A DNA stretch of 64,000 nucleotides, from contig OX597814.1 in assembly GCA_951406725.2 (NCBI GenBank), forward strand, positions 27,466,001 through 27,530,000, read 5' to 3'. A model generated the notes under the pieces. It worked only from the letters and a program-made list of their open reading frames with translations. It was not told the DNA's origin and made no database searches. Origin of the DNA: Octopus vulgaris (lineage: Eukaryota). The position numbers and the translations under genes are program-made. Position 1 is the stretch's first letter; every line of letters starts with the position of its first letter. Shown in pieces: positions 51,283-64,000 of this stretch.

Positions 51283-53061
51283 AAGTAACAATACAGAATA
51301 TTATATTTCTCTTATAAAGTCAAGAATAAATAGAAACTTTTTAATTTCTGTTTGAATTAAGAAAGAAATAGTTTTTTGATGATGTAATACCAAAGTTATC
51401 AAACCTAAAAAAATGAATCTCTAGAAAGGGGTCAATTCATTACTTACTTAATAAAGTGGCTAAAGGACAAACCTAAACAGACTGGATGTTTTTCTAGAGT
51501 AGCAATAATAGTAATTTTTACCTCAATCTGCTTTTATACAAATTGGAATGGTCCCTCGACTCATTTTCACTTGGTGTTTTACTGTTTATTCCAAGTAACA
51601 TTTATTATGTACTATTTCTCATTGGAGACTATCATGTGTCTTTTTTGGAAACACAAAAGATACAATTCCAAGTACAAATCTCATAATTAACCTGGAGATA
51701 TACTAATTATAACTATGAAAAGAACTTAAAGTTTAGAAGTTACAGAAAATCCTAAACGATTGTGTAATTCTAATGATTCTGTGGTTGCAATTGATTACAA
51801 ACATTAATATAATTCTCTGACAGGTAAGGCTAAAGAGTGTGTGAGAGCCTCCTCTATGTAGACTATCAGACTGCTAGAAATAGCAGCCAGGTTTTCCTCA
51901 TTACACTCTACCATCTTAAAAGAAGAACACACTGAAATGAATAATGTAGTCCTGGCTGCATTGTTTAAATACAAGATGAGATGGTCATGGCTAGAACACT
52001 AACATAGTACTTTTAATCTGATATGAGCTTCAATGAACCTGCTCTTCATTTTTTTTTTTTTGTTTCTATCTTCTCCACTGGAACAATATTGTTATGCAGC
52101 AATAAAAAATCAAACAAGCAGTTACAAATTACACAAACACAAACACACACATATACACATTATCAAGATTTTAGGGGTCTCAAGAGAATTATTCATTATG
52201 TTAAATACTTAAAAACAAAAATTGCAAAAAAAAAGATAATTTTAGTATAGCCATAACTGTAATTTATGCAAGCTTGGAAAAGTGGATGTTATGATGACGA
52301 TGATGATGATAATGACCACAATGTGGAATTCTGGTAAAAAATTCAATTGGAGAAACCCAAAATTATTGCTACAATATGGTATTTATTTCATACTTTATGG
52401 CTAGGAATTCCCATCTCATATTGGGTATTTGGAATATCACCAAGGGTTTTGTTTTGATATGATTTATAAGTCATTTTCATTGAACCTATTTCATTATTAC
52501 CCACAAGGGGCTAAACATAGAGGGGACAAACATGGACAGACATAGGTATTAAGTCGATTATATCGACTCCAGTGCTTAACTGGTACTTAATTTATCGACC
52601 CCGAAAGGATGAAAGGCAAAGTCGACCTCGGCGGAATTTGAACTCACAACGTAACGGCAGCCGAAATACCGCTAAGCATTTCGCCCGACGTGCTAACGAT
52701 TCTGCCAGCTCGCCGCCTTATTTTCATTGAACCAATCTCTCTCTCTCTCTTGCAGTTATACCCATGACAAACACAGTAATGTAAATGAATGAAATTGTAC
52801 ATGAATTGTGTAATGTTATAATTATTTACAGCAGTGAATTGTACCACCACCCTATGGTACTTATTTACATCAAGGTGAATTGCACTATTGTGTTCAGAGT
52901 GGGAAATGTTATAAAACCTATCATACTGCATTCGAAATCCTACGATTAAAATACACTAAATTTCACCAATGAAACTGTACAGAGAGTGCTTGTTTGGACA
53001 GCGTTAACAGAATTGTTATAAATAATGTTTAGATCAACCACAAAAGAAGTACTCCTGCTAC

Positions 53062-53297
53062 CTTGTTAGAATAATATGGTGGTCAAATGATGGTGGTTCT
53101 TCTGGGTGAAGGGGACACAACAGATTGAGCATATGCAACAGATCCTGTTCTTTGAACATTAAAGTCTTTTCTTCTTGCTCTCCATCTGACGCTTCATCTC
53201 CATTCGGTTGGTTTTTAACATCGTATATAAAATCCAACAACATTTCTGTTTCTGGAGATAAAACGGGCAAATTCTGGAAATTGTCAGAAGCCAAAAG
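53062..53297 (-). CDS. TINF2: TIN2-like gene exon following the TRFH-like region
   Basis: TTTTTTATAG acceptor, phase 0 to 2; LLASDNFQNLPVLSPETEMLLDF...LLHMLNLLCP. Confidence 0.65.
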
Positions 53298-54049
53298 CTA
53301 TAAAAAATAAAACAAAAATCAAAACACAATATTGAAACAAAAGCACATCATACTTGTGATATTTTGACATAAGGTCAAGTGAAAAAGAATATTTTCTAAC
53401 ATAGCCATAATCCTCTCTCGTTCATACCTTTTTCAAGGATATTAGCAATGTAAGTAAAATGGCTGTTCACCGCATTTGCTGAAAGCTTAACAATACTTAC
53501 TCTCATCACTGTTTAACATCTGCTTTCCATGCTGGCATGGATTGGACAGTTTGACTGAGGGCTGGCAAGCCAGAAGGCTGCACCAGGCTCCAATCTATGG
53601 CATACAATTACAATGATAAACAAAATATCATAACCAACTAAAGGCCCAGTCATGGCTGTGTGGTTAAGAAGTCTGATTTGCAACCATGTAGTTTTGGGTT
53701 CAGTCCCACTTCATGGCACCTACGATGAATGCCTTCTAGTATAGCCATGGGCACTCAACCAATGCTTTGTCAGTGAATTTGATAGATGGAGACTGTGTGG
53801 AAACCCATTGCATATATGTGTGTGTGTCTACTGCTTCACATCTGGTGTTGCTTTGTTTATTTCTCCATAACTTAGCAGTCCAGCAAAAGAGACTGATACA
53901 TTGAGTACCAGACTTAAAACGAAGTACTGGGGTCAACCTATTCAACGAAAGCCTTCAAGGTGGTGCTCCAGTATGGCTGCAGTTTAATGAATAAAACAAA
54001 TACAAGATAAAAGATATATGGATTTGAGTCCACAAGGAAGCTTCTACAC

Positions 54050-54374
54050 CAGGGCTGGCCAGCCTGTGGCCTGCAGACATTTATCTTGCAGCTCACTTGA
54101 TACTTTCTTGAAATAGGTGACCTCTTTATTGTGTTTAATTTCAAAATAAAATTGTTTGTGTGAAACATTTGTTTCAAAATAAATTTAGAATTTGTAAGTG
54201 GTAATAAAGCAATAGCCTACAATTCTATAATTTCAAACTAATGAAAAGTATGAAAAATTCTTGATTCTGTAATGTGATTAGTTGACTATTAGTTCATAAA
54301 GTATACAAGCGGCCCTCAAAAAAGCTTTCTGTGATTAAAGTGGCCCACAATGTAATTCAAGTTGGCCAGGCCAG
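54050..54374. mobile_element. hAT-like MITE with 8-bp TSD
   Basis: CAGGGCTGGCCA...TGGCCAGGCCAG; TSD TTCTACAC at 54042-54049 and 54375-54382. Confidence 0.8.
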
Positions 54375-55263
54375 TTCTACACAGTTGGATAACCTGCTAG
54401 AAATAGCAGCCAAAAGTGAGATACAATTTTAACTTCTTTATTTGAGATTTGGAGTTGTTCCCCTTGACATTTAAAAAAATTTTTATGTGCAGTAAAACAG
54501 TTACTGTTCAATTCTAGCTCGCTGCAGCGAGTCTTGATAAATCGATGTTTTCTTGCTTGCTGAAGGTCATGGGTCTTTATTCTGAAGAATAATTGTAGCT
54601 GATTTTAAATAAATTCTTGCATAAAAAATCATTATTTTAACATGGCGTATGAACTTTTACCTCAACCTTGTATATTTACACCACTGCCCTGAGTATATAT
54701 TTTTATATATTTGAGAATTAAAGATTTTATGTAAGAGATAAAGTGATATAAAGATTGATAAAGGCAGCGAGCGGTCAGAAACGTTAGCACGCCAGACGAA
54801 ATGCTTAGCAGTATTTCAGCTGTCTTTACGTTTGGAGTTCAAATTCCGCCGATGTCGACTTTGCCTTTCATGCTTTTGGGGCTGATAAATTAAGTACCAG
54901 TTGCGTACAGGAGTCGATCTAATTGACTGCACCCCAACCAAAGAAAAAAAAAAAAAAAATTACGGACCTTGTGCCTAGAGCAGAAAAGAATATTTACTGC
55001 ATTATAGAATAAAGCATTGGAGTAGTTCAAAAGGTGTAAGCCTGGACAGCAGACATGGAAATCTTCAGCATCAAGTTGTAACTATACTTGTGTGGTATTT
55101 ATACTATAGCTGTTGGCATATAGGATGCACTTGTTTTTTACCCTAACAGAATGTCTGGGGTAAAAAAAAAAACACCACTTGATTCCTCCCATAAGCTTCA
55201 ATGCACTAAAAACTTTTTTGAATATGTGCTGCTGAAATTTGGGTGGATCTATTATGTTAAATA

Positions 55264-55799
55264 TTAGGTCGAGGAAAAAGTTCATGCGCTAAATTATGTG
55301 TTAAAATAATGCTTTTTTATATATTTTTGTGGTGTGTGTGTGTTCATTCAGTTCATGTCATGTTTAATGGTGACTCATTGCTGAAAAGCACCCAAGACTT
55401 GTTCGTCGAAAACGCGCTTTGTTTCAGCAAGACAATGCAAAGCTGCATACTGCTAGAAAGACTAGCAACAAAATTGAAGAATTGGACAGTGTGGAAGTTC
55501 TGCCGCATCCAGCCTATAGTTTAGACGTTGCTCCAGCTGACTACAGTCTCTTCTGAACAATGCATCACTTTATGAAAGGTTGTTGATTTGAGTCATTTGA
55601 TGAAGTTGAAGAAGCCTGTCAAAAGTTTTTTGATTCAAAGCCAAAGGATTGGTACTTTGACCAAATCCGAAAGCTTGCAGATTATTGGCAGAAGGTCATG
55701 GGTCTTTATTCTGAAGAATAATTGTAGCTGATTTTGAATAAATTCTTGCATAAAAAATCATTATTTTAACATGGCGCATGAACTTTTACCTCAACCTAG
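55264..55799 (+). mobile_element. internally deleted mariner transposon
   Basis: ~26-bp TIRs (TTAGGTCGAGGAAAAAGTTCATGCGC / GCGCATGAACTTTTACCTCAACCTAG); decayed FQQDNAKLH...LPHPAYSLDVAPADYSLF. Confidence 0.88.
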
Positions 55800-57294
55800 T
55801 GGCCCTACCTTGTATATTTACACCACTGCCCCGAGTATATTATTTATTATTTATTTAGGAGGGAAGGACAGTGCCCATGTACCTTTATAGAGCCACACAG
55901 ACTGATGGAATGAAAAGAGGAATGTATCCTCAACCCAATGAGCTGGTCTGAATGCCTGCAACAAAATGAACTCCAGTGAAAGTAACCAAGGTGTCAGGTA
56001 GTGATGTTAAACCAAATAACTGATTAATTCTACAAGGATTAAATGAGAAATGAAACCATGCTATGAGGAAGCATTAAAGGCGAATGCACGGAACCCAATG
56101 CATCTTTTGGCCAGTCACTGCTGTGATCACAACATATTTTTCCTGATTCCTACTTACCTTGTACTGTAAAGGTCCATTCTAACCCCCCACCTATCACTTT
56201 CCAGCTCCAACCCTTTCCTCTAAAATATGAGTAGTCATGTACCTCCTCTACAAAAAGAAACCTGCCAGTTCCCATTTTCTCTCAAAGTTGCTTGTACATC
56301 ACCATCCTGGGGCTCATAGTCTTGCAAGCTGCATGCTGTAAAATGCCAAAGCAGATACTGTTTCACAATGCAGTCCTTGGGTCCATTGGAGCTTGTCAAA
56401 CCATCCTAACTAAACCAGCATGTTAAATGTTGATGATTATGATGATGAGGAAAAACAGTTGCAGCTTTCCTGAGACAATGTCACAGTAACCTTTATACTA
56501 CTTATACATACCTTGGACATGCATAGTTCAAAGATATATGCTGGAGGATGACAGTTAAATAATCACAAAGGTAGTCATAATTGCTAGTGAATGACAGAAG
56601 CAGCTGTGTAGCCTAACAATGTTTTTATGCAAGCTCAGAGCCTAATTAGATTATAGAAGCTGCTGCAATGAGAATAAGCAGTCAATCTGACCCTATTTGG
56701 GACTCTAGTTAGTCACAACCTTTTACAAGATACAATTATAACAACAATAATTAAGCCAACAAACAAGCTGCTATGTGGTTGTCTGACCTGTTAGAAATGG
56801 CAGTCAAATCTTCCTCATATCACAACTTACTATTTCTTTTAAGGATACTGAAGCCCAGGGAAAACTAAGACTTCAAAATAAAGATGGAATAGTCAGGCCT
56901 GGAATGCATTTAATCATAACTCTTTTCAATGAGGACGAACAATTAATTACCATGTAATTAATGCAGCATCCCTAATTCTACTCACTCATTCAACAGTGTT
57001 TCTTCTGTTAATTATTCTAAATATAATCAATAAACTTCCACTTCAAAAGCTCTTTGGGAATGTCTCTCAGCCCATCAACTAACACACACACAAAACTATA
57101 TATTCTCTTTATGAAGAAAGTAATGTTTAATTTGAGATCAAGATTCTGGGGGCCCTGGAAAGATTGATGGGGCTACTTATTCTTGTTTAAGTAAACCACA
57201 CTCTGTAAAGTAGTTGGCATTAGGAAGGTCATCCAGTTAAAACAGATGACTGGAGCCTGGTGCAGCTCTCCAGCACCAGTTAAACTGTCTAAAC

Positions 57295-57839
57295 CAGGCC
57301 TGGCCAACTCGAATTACATTGCAGGCCACTTTAATCCTGAAAGTTATTTGAGGGCCGCATGTATACTGACAGAGTTGAAAGCAATTTGCTTTCTCATGCT
57401 ATTATTACAATAATGAATGTTGATTCAACATGAAATATTATTGTTGCAAAAACAGTAGTATCTTTCTTTTTAGTTTTCACTACAATCTTTAATTTTTGAT
57501 AAAATTTTAAAAATGTTTGTTTAACCCTTTAGTGTTTAAACCGGCCATATCTGGCCCAAATATTCTATATGTTTTATATTCAAACTGGCAAGATCTGGCC
57601 TCTCACACCTAACCTACATTGACATTCTAAAAATAAACAATCACATCATTGAAACCTCAAAGCTATAAGATAATGCATGATTAATTCAAAACAATTTGAG
57701 TGAGAAAGTATTACATTTAACAGAGTAATCTGAACACTAGAGAGTTAAATAAACCCATTTCAAGAAAGTATCAAGTGGGCCACAAGATAAAAATTTGCAG
57801 GCTGCATGTGGCCCGGGGGCTTCAGGTTGGCCAGCCCTG
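57295..57839. mobile_element. hAT-like MITE (opposite orientation to 54050) with nested piggyBac-like MITE
   Basis: TSD GTCTAAAC at 57287-57294 and 57840-57847; TTAA-flanked insert at 57521-57748. Confidence 0.85.
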
Positions 57840-57928
57840 GTCTAAACCATACCAGCATGAAAACAGACATTTAATGATGATGATATAAACAATGGAAAGC
57901 AATGTCATTTAAAAAAAAAAAAACTTAC

Positions 57929-58132
57929 CAGATCTATGACTGGAGGCATCAGATAAGTTTCTAAGTTGCTTAAAAATTTATCAGTTAAAGTCTTAATGCT
58001 CTCCATGAAGTCACAACCAAATTCTGAATTAAATTCATTATTTAAGTATAGTTTCCTTTGGCTTTTATTTGCGATTAGAGACAGAAAAAATTTCCTAAAG
58101 TTCCTCTGCTTTTCAAGCAACTGTTCATTTCC
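57929..58132 (-). CDS. TINF2: TIN2 N-terminal (TRFH-like) domain exon
   Basis: LEKQRNFRKFFLSLIANKSQRKLYLNNEFNSEFGCDFMESIKTLTDKFLSNLETYLMPP resembles recalled TIN2 LEAQETF...[30 protein letters not shown]; phase 0 to 0, canonical sites. Confidence 0.72.
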
Positions 58133-58928
58133 CTGAAGAAAAAAAAAATTATCAGAACATCACAAAGGTTTCAAAACAGGACCAAAAATATCAAAGTTTT
58201 ACTGTCTATTAGGTTAAAAAAAAGAGACCTGAGGTTTTCCAAAATAAACAGAAAGAGCTTAGGAAAAATTGTTTATATAGAATATCAGTGAATATTTCTA
58301 TAGATGACTTGGTTATTGTATTATATTGTATTGTACCATATGATATACATCAGAAAGTGGTTCTTAAATTTCATGCGGAGACTTTCTGGGCGACCAAAAA
58401 TAAATTTACTTTTAATTGCATTATGTAACACAGCAGGACCCAACCAAACCTCCCGCAACTTTCACACTGCTGTTTTGAGAAAATGAAGGACAAATTGGAC
58501 AGTGTAGTCACTGATAAACACAAATTTGAGATGGTTATGCTGGATTGCCTTTGACCATAAGTATGCTAATAACAACACCATAGAGGCTCCTAATGATTTT
58601 CTCAAAAAGGTGAAAGAAAGAATACAACATATACACACACATGCTTAAATATATATTTGTGTTAACACTAAGCAAATTACTTAAACAATTTCTATTTTCT
58701 TTTAGGTTACTGAAATCCGTGTAATAAAACCTTTCAAAACAACAAATTTAAAAAATGTATTGTGCAGATTCAATCAACTATATATTTTCCTTACACATTC
58801 ATGTCTTTGCCCTAAATGTCAACAATTGATATATATTCCCAAAATGAATAAAACAATAACTATAAATGGTTAAAATGGTTGATGGAATGGGTAGGTTGGA
58901 GAGAAAAATGAAACAGAAACAGACTTAC

Positions 58929-59012
58929 ATTATTGGCAGGCACACGAGGAAAGTAGGCATTCAGTTTGAGCAGAACATTGTTGAAGTTACATTTGAGTTC
59001 ATTGAATAGATA
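58929..59012 (-). CDS. TINF2: TIN2 N-terminal domain exon
   Basis: YLFNELKCNFNNVLLKLNAYFPRVP resembles recalled TIN2 QVLKALNHHFPE; TTTCAG acceptor, GTAAGT donor, 84 nt. Confidence 0.7.
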
Positions 59013-59189
59013 CTGAAATGATTAAGTTAATATTGACGTATTTAATACAATGGAGCATTAAAAAGAAAAAAATTTGATCAGAAATAATTATGTGGTGAGA
59101 AAAAGACAACAGTTCAATGTCCAGCATCATTTAAATCATTCTGACAAGTATGAAAAATAAACACAGAAAGGTTTCAGTTGTTGTGTGTG

Positions 59190-59232
<43 letters not shown>

Positions 59233-59264
59233 TATATAAATATATGCATGTATATATATATATG

Positions 59265-59602
59265 TGAAGGCGCATGGCTCAGTGGTTAGAGCGTCGAGCT
59301 TACGATCGTGAGGTTGTGAGCTCGAATCCCGGACCGGGCTGCGTGTTGTGTTCTTGAGCAAAGCACTTTATTTCACGTTGCTCCAGTTCACTCAGCTGTA
59401 GAAATGAGTTGCGACGTCACTGGTGCCAAGCTGTATCGACCTTTGTCTTTCCCTTGGATAACACTGGTGGCGTGGAGAGGGGAGGCTGGTATGCATGGGC
59501 GACTGCTGGTCTTCCATAAACAACCTTGCCTGGACTTGTGTCTAGGAGGTAACTTTCTAGGTGCAATCCCATGGTCATTCATGACCGAAGGGGGTCTTTA
59601 CC

Positions 59603-59605
<3 letters not shown>
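59265..59605 (+). mobile_element. full-length SINE (head B, CORE-like body, tail T2)
   Basis: A box TGGCTCAGTGG, B-box-like GCTCGAATCCC; inserted in (AT)n. Confidence 0.88.
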
Positions 59606-59632
<27 letters not shown>

Positions 59633-59633
<1 letters not shown>

Positions 59634-60025
59634 GGTGCAGGAGTGGCACCTATATTGCTAACCAACCACATGGTTCTGGGTTCAGTCCCACTGTGTGGCA
59701 TCTTGGGCAAGTGTCTTCTGCTATAGCCCCGGGCCGACCAATGCCTTGTGAGTGGATTTGGTAGACGGAAACTGAAAGAAGCCTGTCGTATGTATGTATA
59801 TATGTATGTATGTGTGTTTGTGTGTCTGAGTTTGTCCCCCTAGCATTGCTTGACAACCGAGGCTGGTGTGTTTACGTCCCCGTCACTTAGCGGTTCGGCA
59901 AAAGAGACCGATAGAATAAGTACTGGGCTTACAAAGAATAAGACCCGGGGTCGATTTGCTCGACTAAAGGCGGTGCTCCAGCATGGCCGCAGTCAAATGA
60001 CTGAAACAAGTAAAAGAGTAAAGAG
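59633..60025 (+). mobile_element. SINE family A
   Basis: Near-identical to 2040-2466; an inverted copy lies at 61006-61420. Confidence 0.88.
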
Positions 60026-60042
60026 ATACATATATGTACATA

Positions 60043-60087
<45 letters not shown>

Positions 60088-61614
60088 GCATATATGGATC
60101 AAAAAAAAAAGTTGAACAATGAGAAACGAAAACAAAAACATGGAAACAAACTTTTTTTCGAACAACATAAAGAATATTCCCCTTCTTCAGTTGTCCCTGT
60201 TTCATCTACTCATTATGTTAATGCTATCTTAATAATCATTTTTCATAAAGGCAGCATCTATGAATAATTAACCTAAGTGATAATTTTTTTGTTAAATTAA
60301 AGAAGTTAGAATAGCTTATAATATCACTAATTTCAATGAGTAATACACGAAGTGGACAGTTGTAGTAGTAAGGGGAGACTACTATTACGTTCGGTTTTAA
60401 CCGTTTTCCATACTTGCATAGGTTAGACAAATATAAAAAAAAATAATAATGAAATTATTGTATACAGTGCTCAGGTGCACCACAACTTGTCAGAAAGTGC
60501 ATATAAAGTACATGCAGTAATGTACAAATGTCTGGAAAGCGAACAATGTATGAGTCAGATACATGCTTGTGTGTGTATGGAGGGGAGAAAATCAGGTGTA
60601 GTATTGGCGAATCTCAGAAAGCATGGAAGTTTTGAAGGATGCAGTGCTCCGACAACTAACAACTGATGCCGGCAGTTTGTTTTACAGATGGATGCCCTTC
60701 CTAGTACTAACCTTGACTTGATTATCAAATAAAGAATATCTTATTACACAGGTCTTTGAAAGCACAAAGCTAGCAGATGATTTGTTGGCTTGAGAAATGA
60801 CAACAATGTCATCACTGATTTATACATAAGTGCAAATGCAAGCACACACACACACAAAACAGGCTTCTCCTTTCATATCAAATACACTTACAAGGCTCTG
60901 GTTGACCCAGGGCCATAAAGTTAAAATCACAATGTAATGTGCTGGTCCATTTTCACTTTTGGAATATATCGTATGTATGTGGTAGTCAGATTGTACAAAG
61001 TGGAATTACTCTTTACTCTTTTACTTGTTTCAGTCATTTGACTGCGGCCATGCTGGAGCACCGCCTTTAGTCAAGCAAATCGACCCCGGGACTTATTCTT
61101 TGTAAGCCCAGTACTTATTCTATCGGTCTCTTTTGCCGAACCGCTAAGTGATGGGGACATAAACACACCAGCATCGGTTGTCAAGCAATGCTAGGGGGAC
61201 AAACAGACACACAAACATATACACACACACTTATATATATATATATACATATACACGACAGGCTTCTTTCAGTTTCCGTCTACCAAATCCACTCACAAAG
61301 CTTTGGTCAGCCTGAGGCTATAATAGAAGACACTTGCCCAAGGTGCCACGCAGTTGGAATGAACCCGGAACCATGTGGTTGGTAAGCAAGCTACTTACCA
61401 CACAGCCACTCCTGCGCCTATATGTTATTATTTAGTTTTATTTCAAGATTCCTAGCCAGTAGAGAAAGAGCCGTTTTTCTAACCTAGATCCAAGGCTCCT
61501 TCATTGGAATTTCAACATCAACAGGGTTTTTGTGCAGTATTTAGAGTTAGTGCACGTGAAAATTCTATGCTCTATGAATGTATTCTCATGCATGTAGGTG
61601 CATGTCATGTATAT

Positions 61615-61846
61615 AGGCGGCGAGCTGGCAGAAACGTTAGCACGCCGGGCGAAATGCATAGCCGTATTTTGTCTGCTGTTACGTTCTGAGTTCAAATTCC
61701 GCCGTGGTCAACTTTGCCTTTCATCCTTTCAGGGTCGATAAATTAAGTACCAGTTACGCACTGGGGTCGATATAATCGACTTAATCCATTTGTCTGTCCT
61801 CGTTTGTCCCCTCTGCGTTTAGCCCCTTGTGGGTAGTAAAGAAATA
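61615..61846 (+). mobile_element. full-length SINE family C
   Basis: Head GGCGGCGAGCTGGCAGAAACG through tail GGGTAGTAAAGAAATA. Confidence 0.88.
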
Positions 61847-63434
61847 TATATAGGCATGCATACATGTTTTAAGTAAATTATTATTATTATTATGTAAGTT
61901 TTACATCATTGTAAGTAAGCTGAACCTCATGATTTCCAATCTATGAATATCACAATTCTTAACTGAAATTAATGTGGCTAAAACTCTTTTAGCAGTATGA
62001 CAGGTATTTTTTAAACATTATCACTTTCAGTTTAACAAAGATGAACTTGGGTGAGGATGCGAAAGAAGCAGGTGTATGATGTGAGAAATGAAGTGTTTTA
62101 CATAACATGATAGTGGAGGAGGATCTAATGAAAGAAAGATAGTAATGGCAAAGAGTAATATGAGAGAAGAAGGGATGATAATTATATGCTTGTAGCTAAG
62201 AGGGCAAATAGAGATGGTCACAAGTAAAAAAGAGTCAATGCATTGTAATTTGAAAGAGAAAGAGAGATGGGCTGTTATCAACAGCTTTCAGGACTGAAAA
62301 GCATAAGAAGACAAATGTACTACAGACACATTGTTTTAGCTTTTAGTTGAGAGGAATGGGTCATGGCACCCATGACCCATTGGAAAGCCTCCAAGACTGG
62401 TGGTGGGGAAGGAGGAAGGTATCTTCAAATTGGAAACCTAGCCTGGATTGCAATAGAATGGACTTTGCTGAATGCAACTGAGGTGCCAAGTGCTGGTGTA
62501 GAACTAAGCAACAAGTTAAGTCTATCACCCAGAATGTAAACAGCTGAAACAAATATTGTGAGGCATCTGGTCCACTGTCCTTGCAGTTTCCCTAATCCAT
62601 AAAGGCAAAGTTAAACTTGGTGGGATTTGAACTTAAAGTAGAGAGGGAATAAACGCTGTTAAGCATTCTGTCCAATGCTCTAATGACTCTTCCAATTCGC
62701 CAACATAGAGAGAGAAAAATGGACATAAAACTGATAATCATAATACTTAAAAACTTGAAACAAATTAGAGCATGGAAGGCACAAGTTAACCATTCAGAAA
62801 CATGTAAAGGACTCTTAGCCTCACTTAAATATCTATTATTTGTAATATGGTGTTGAAAATTTTTGTCATTTGAAACTGAGACCTGGTCACTGACGAACAG
62901 GTCAACATCAGGTCACAGTTTCAAGCAACAAAAGTTTCCAAACCATATTACAAACAGTAAATGTTTGAGTGAAGTTAAGAGTCTTTTACATGTTTCTGAA
63001 TGGCTAACTTGTGCCTTCCATGCTGTAATTTGTTTTCCATGCTGCAATCGCTTTTGTTTCAGCACATGATCTCAGATCAAAACGCTTACCATGTGGGTAA
63101 AGGGTAAATGGGTAAAGACCCCACTTCAGTCATGAATGACCATAGGATTGCATCTAGAAAGTTCCCCTCCAAGGTTGTTTATGGAAGACCAGCAGTTGCC
63201 CATGCATACCAGCCTCCCCTCTCCACACCACTGATGTTATCCAAGGGAAAGGCCAAGGCTGATACAGCTTGGCACCAGTGATGTCGCAACTCACTTCTTC
63301 AGATGAGTGAACTGGAGCAACTTGAAATGAAAGTGTTTTGCTCAGGAACACAACACACAGCCTGGTCTTGGAATCAAACTCATTACTTCATGATTGTAAG
63401 GCTGATGCTCTAACCACTAAGCCATGCAGATACA

Positions 63435-63830
63435 TCATCATCATCGTTTAACATCTGTTTTCCATGCTAGCACGGGTTGGATGGTTCAACCGGGGTCTGG
63501 GAAGCCAGGAGGCTGCACCAGGCTCCAGTCTGATCTGGCAGTGTTTCTACAACTGGATGCACTTCCTAACGCCAACCACTCCGTGAGTGTAGTGGGTGCT
63601 TTTTATGTGCCACCAGCATGGGTGCCAGGGGAGGCTGGCAGCGGCTACAATTGGTTGGTGCTTTTTTACGTGCCACCAGCACAGAAGCCAGTCGAGGCGG
63701 CGCTGGCATTGGCCACGTTCAGATGGTACATTTTATGTGCCGCCAGCACAGGTATCACAACTACAATTTCCATTTGATATTTATTTTGATGTTGATGTAC
63801 TTGACTCAATAGGTCTCCTCAAGCACAGCA
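63435..63830 (-). mobile_element. family D element with extended 5' part
   Basis: Shares the extension CACAGGTATCACAACTACAATTTCCATTTGA...CTCCTCAAGCACAG with 27770-28078. Confidence 0.8.
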
Positions 63831-64000
63831 GGTCACCCAATCTTTGTAAAATAATAAAAAAAAAAACCCTGTTAATTGTGGAAGGACTTTTAGTCAAATG
63901 AATTTGAACTAAGAACTTTGACATTCATAAATTGGAAATCATGAGATTGAGTTTATTCCCAACACATAAAATTTACATATTAATAATTTACATAAGCAAC

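Noticed and set aside
60085-60230. Another hammerhead (minus-strand CTGAAGA and GAAAC)
   Set aside because: No stem II or downstream GAAA in the required arrangement; probably a truncated repeat fragment.
60236-60430. Missing N-terminal TIN2 exon (SDIISYSNFFNLTKKLSLR)
   Set aside because: Weak resemblance only; the available donor is phase 2 whereas the next exon needs phase 0.

Overview
Eukaryotic, AT-rich, repeat-dense genomic DNA. The SINE families resemble those I recall from Octopus genomes, so a cephalopod source is inferred, not confirmed. The window holds a complete 10-exon PIGT gene (GPI transamidase subunit PIG-T, + strand, 13320-34057, 575 aa when my exon calls are joined). Convergent with it on the - strand are six exons of a probable TINF2/TIN2 shelterin homolog (59012 to 37415) whose N-terminal exon(s) I did not find in the window. 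The rest is mobile DNA: a near-intact CR1-group LINE with one frameshift, 5'-truncated copies of a sister LINE, several modular tRNA-derived SINE families, RTE, Helitron and mariner remnants, and hAT-, piggyBac- and pogo-type MITEs, often nested. The most unusual signals are (1) a tRNA-headed (Pol III A/B box) element carrying a Penelope-type minimal hammerhead ribozyme, present as head-to-head inverted copies, one just past the PIGT poly(A) signals; (2) a cluster of unrelated hammerhead-like or fold-back fragments in the (AT)n tracts of PIGT intron 1; (3) the candidate invertebrate TIN2; and (4) an ambiguous spliced ORF near the window start that in one reading has an in-frame TGA after a signal-peptide-like segment. 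All calls were made by eye, with no database searches.
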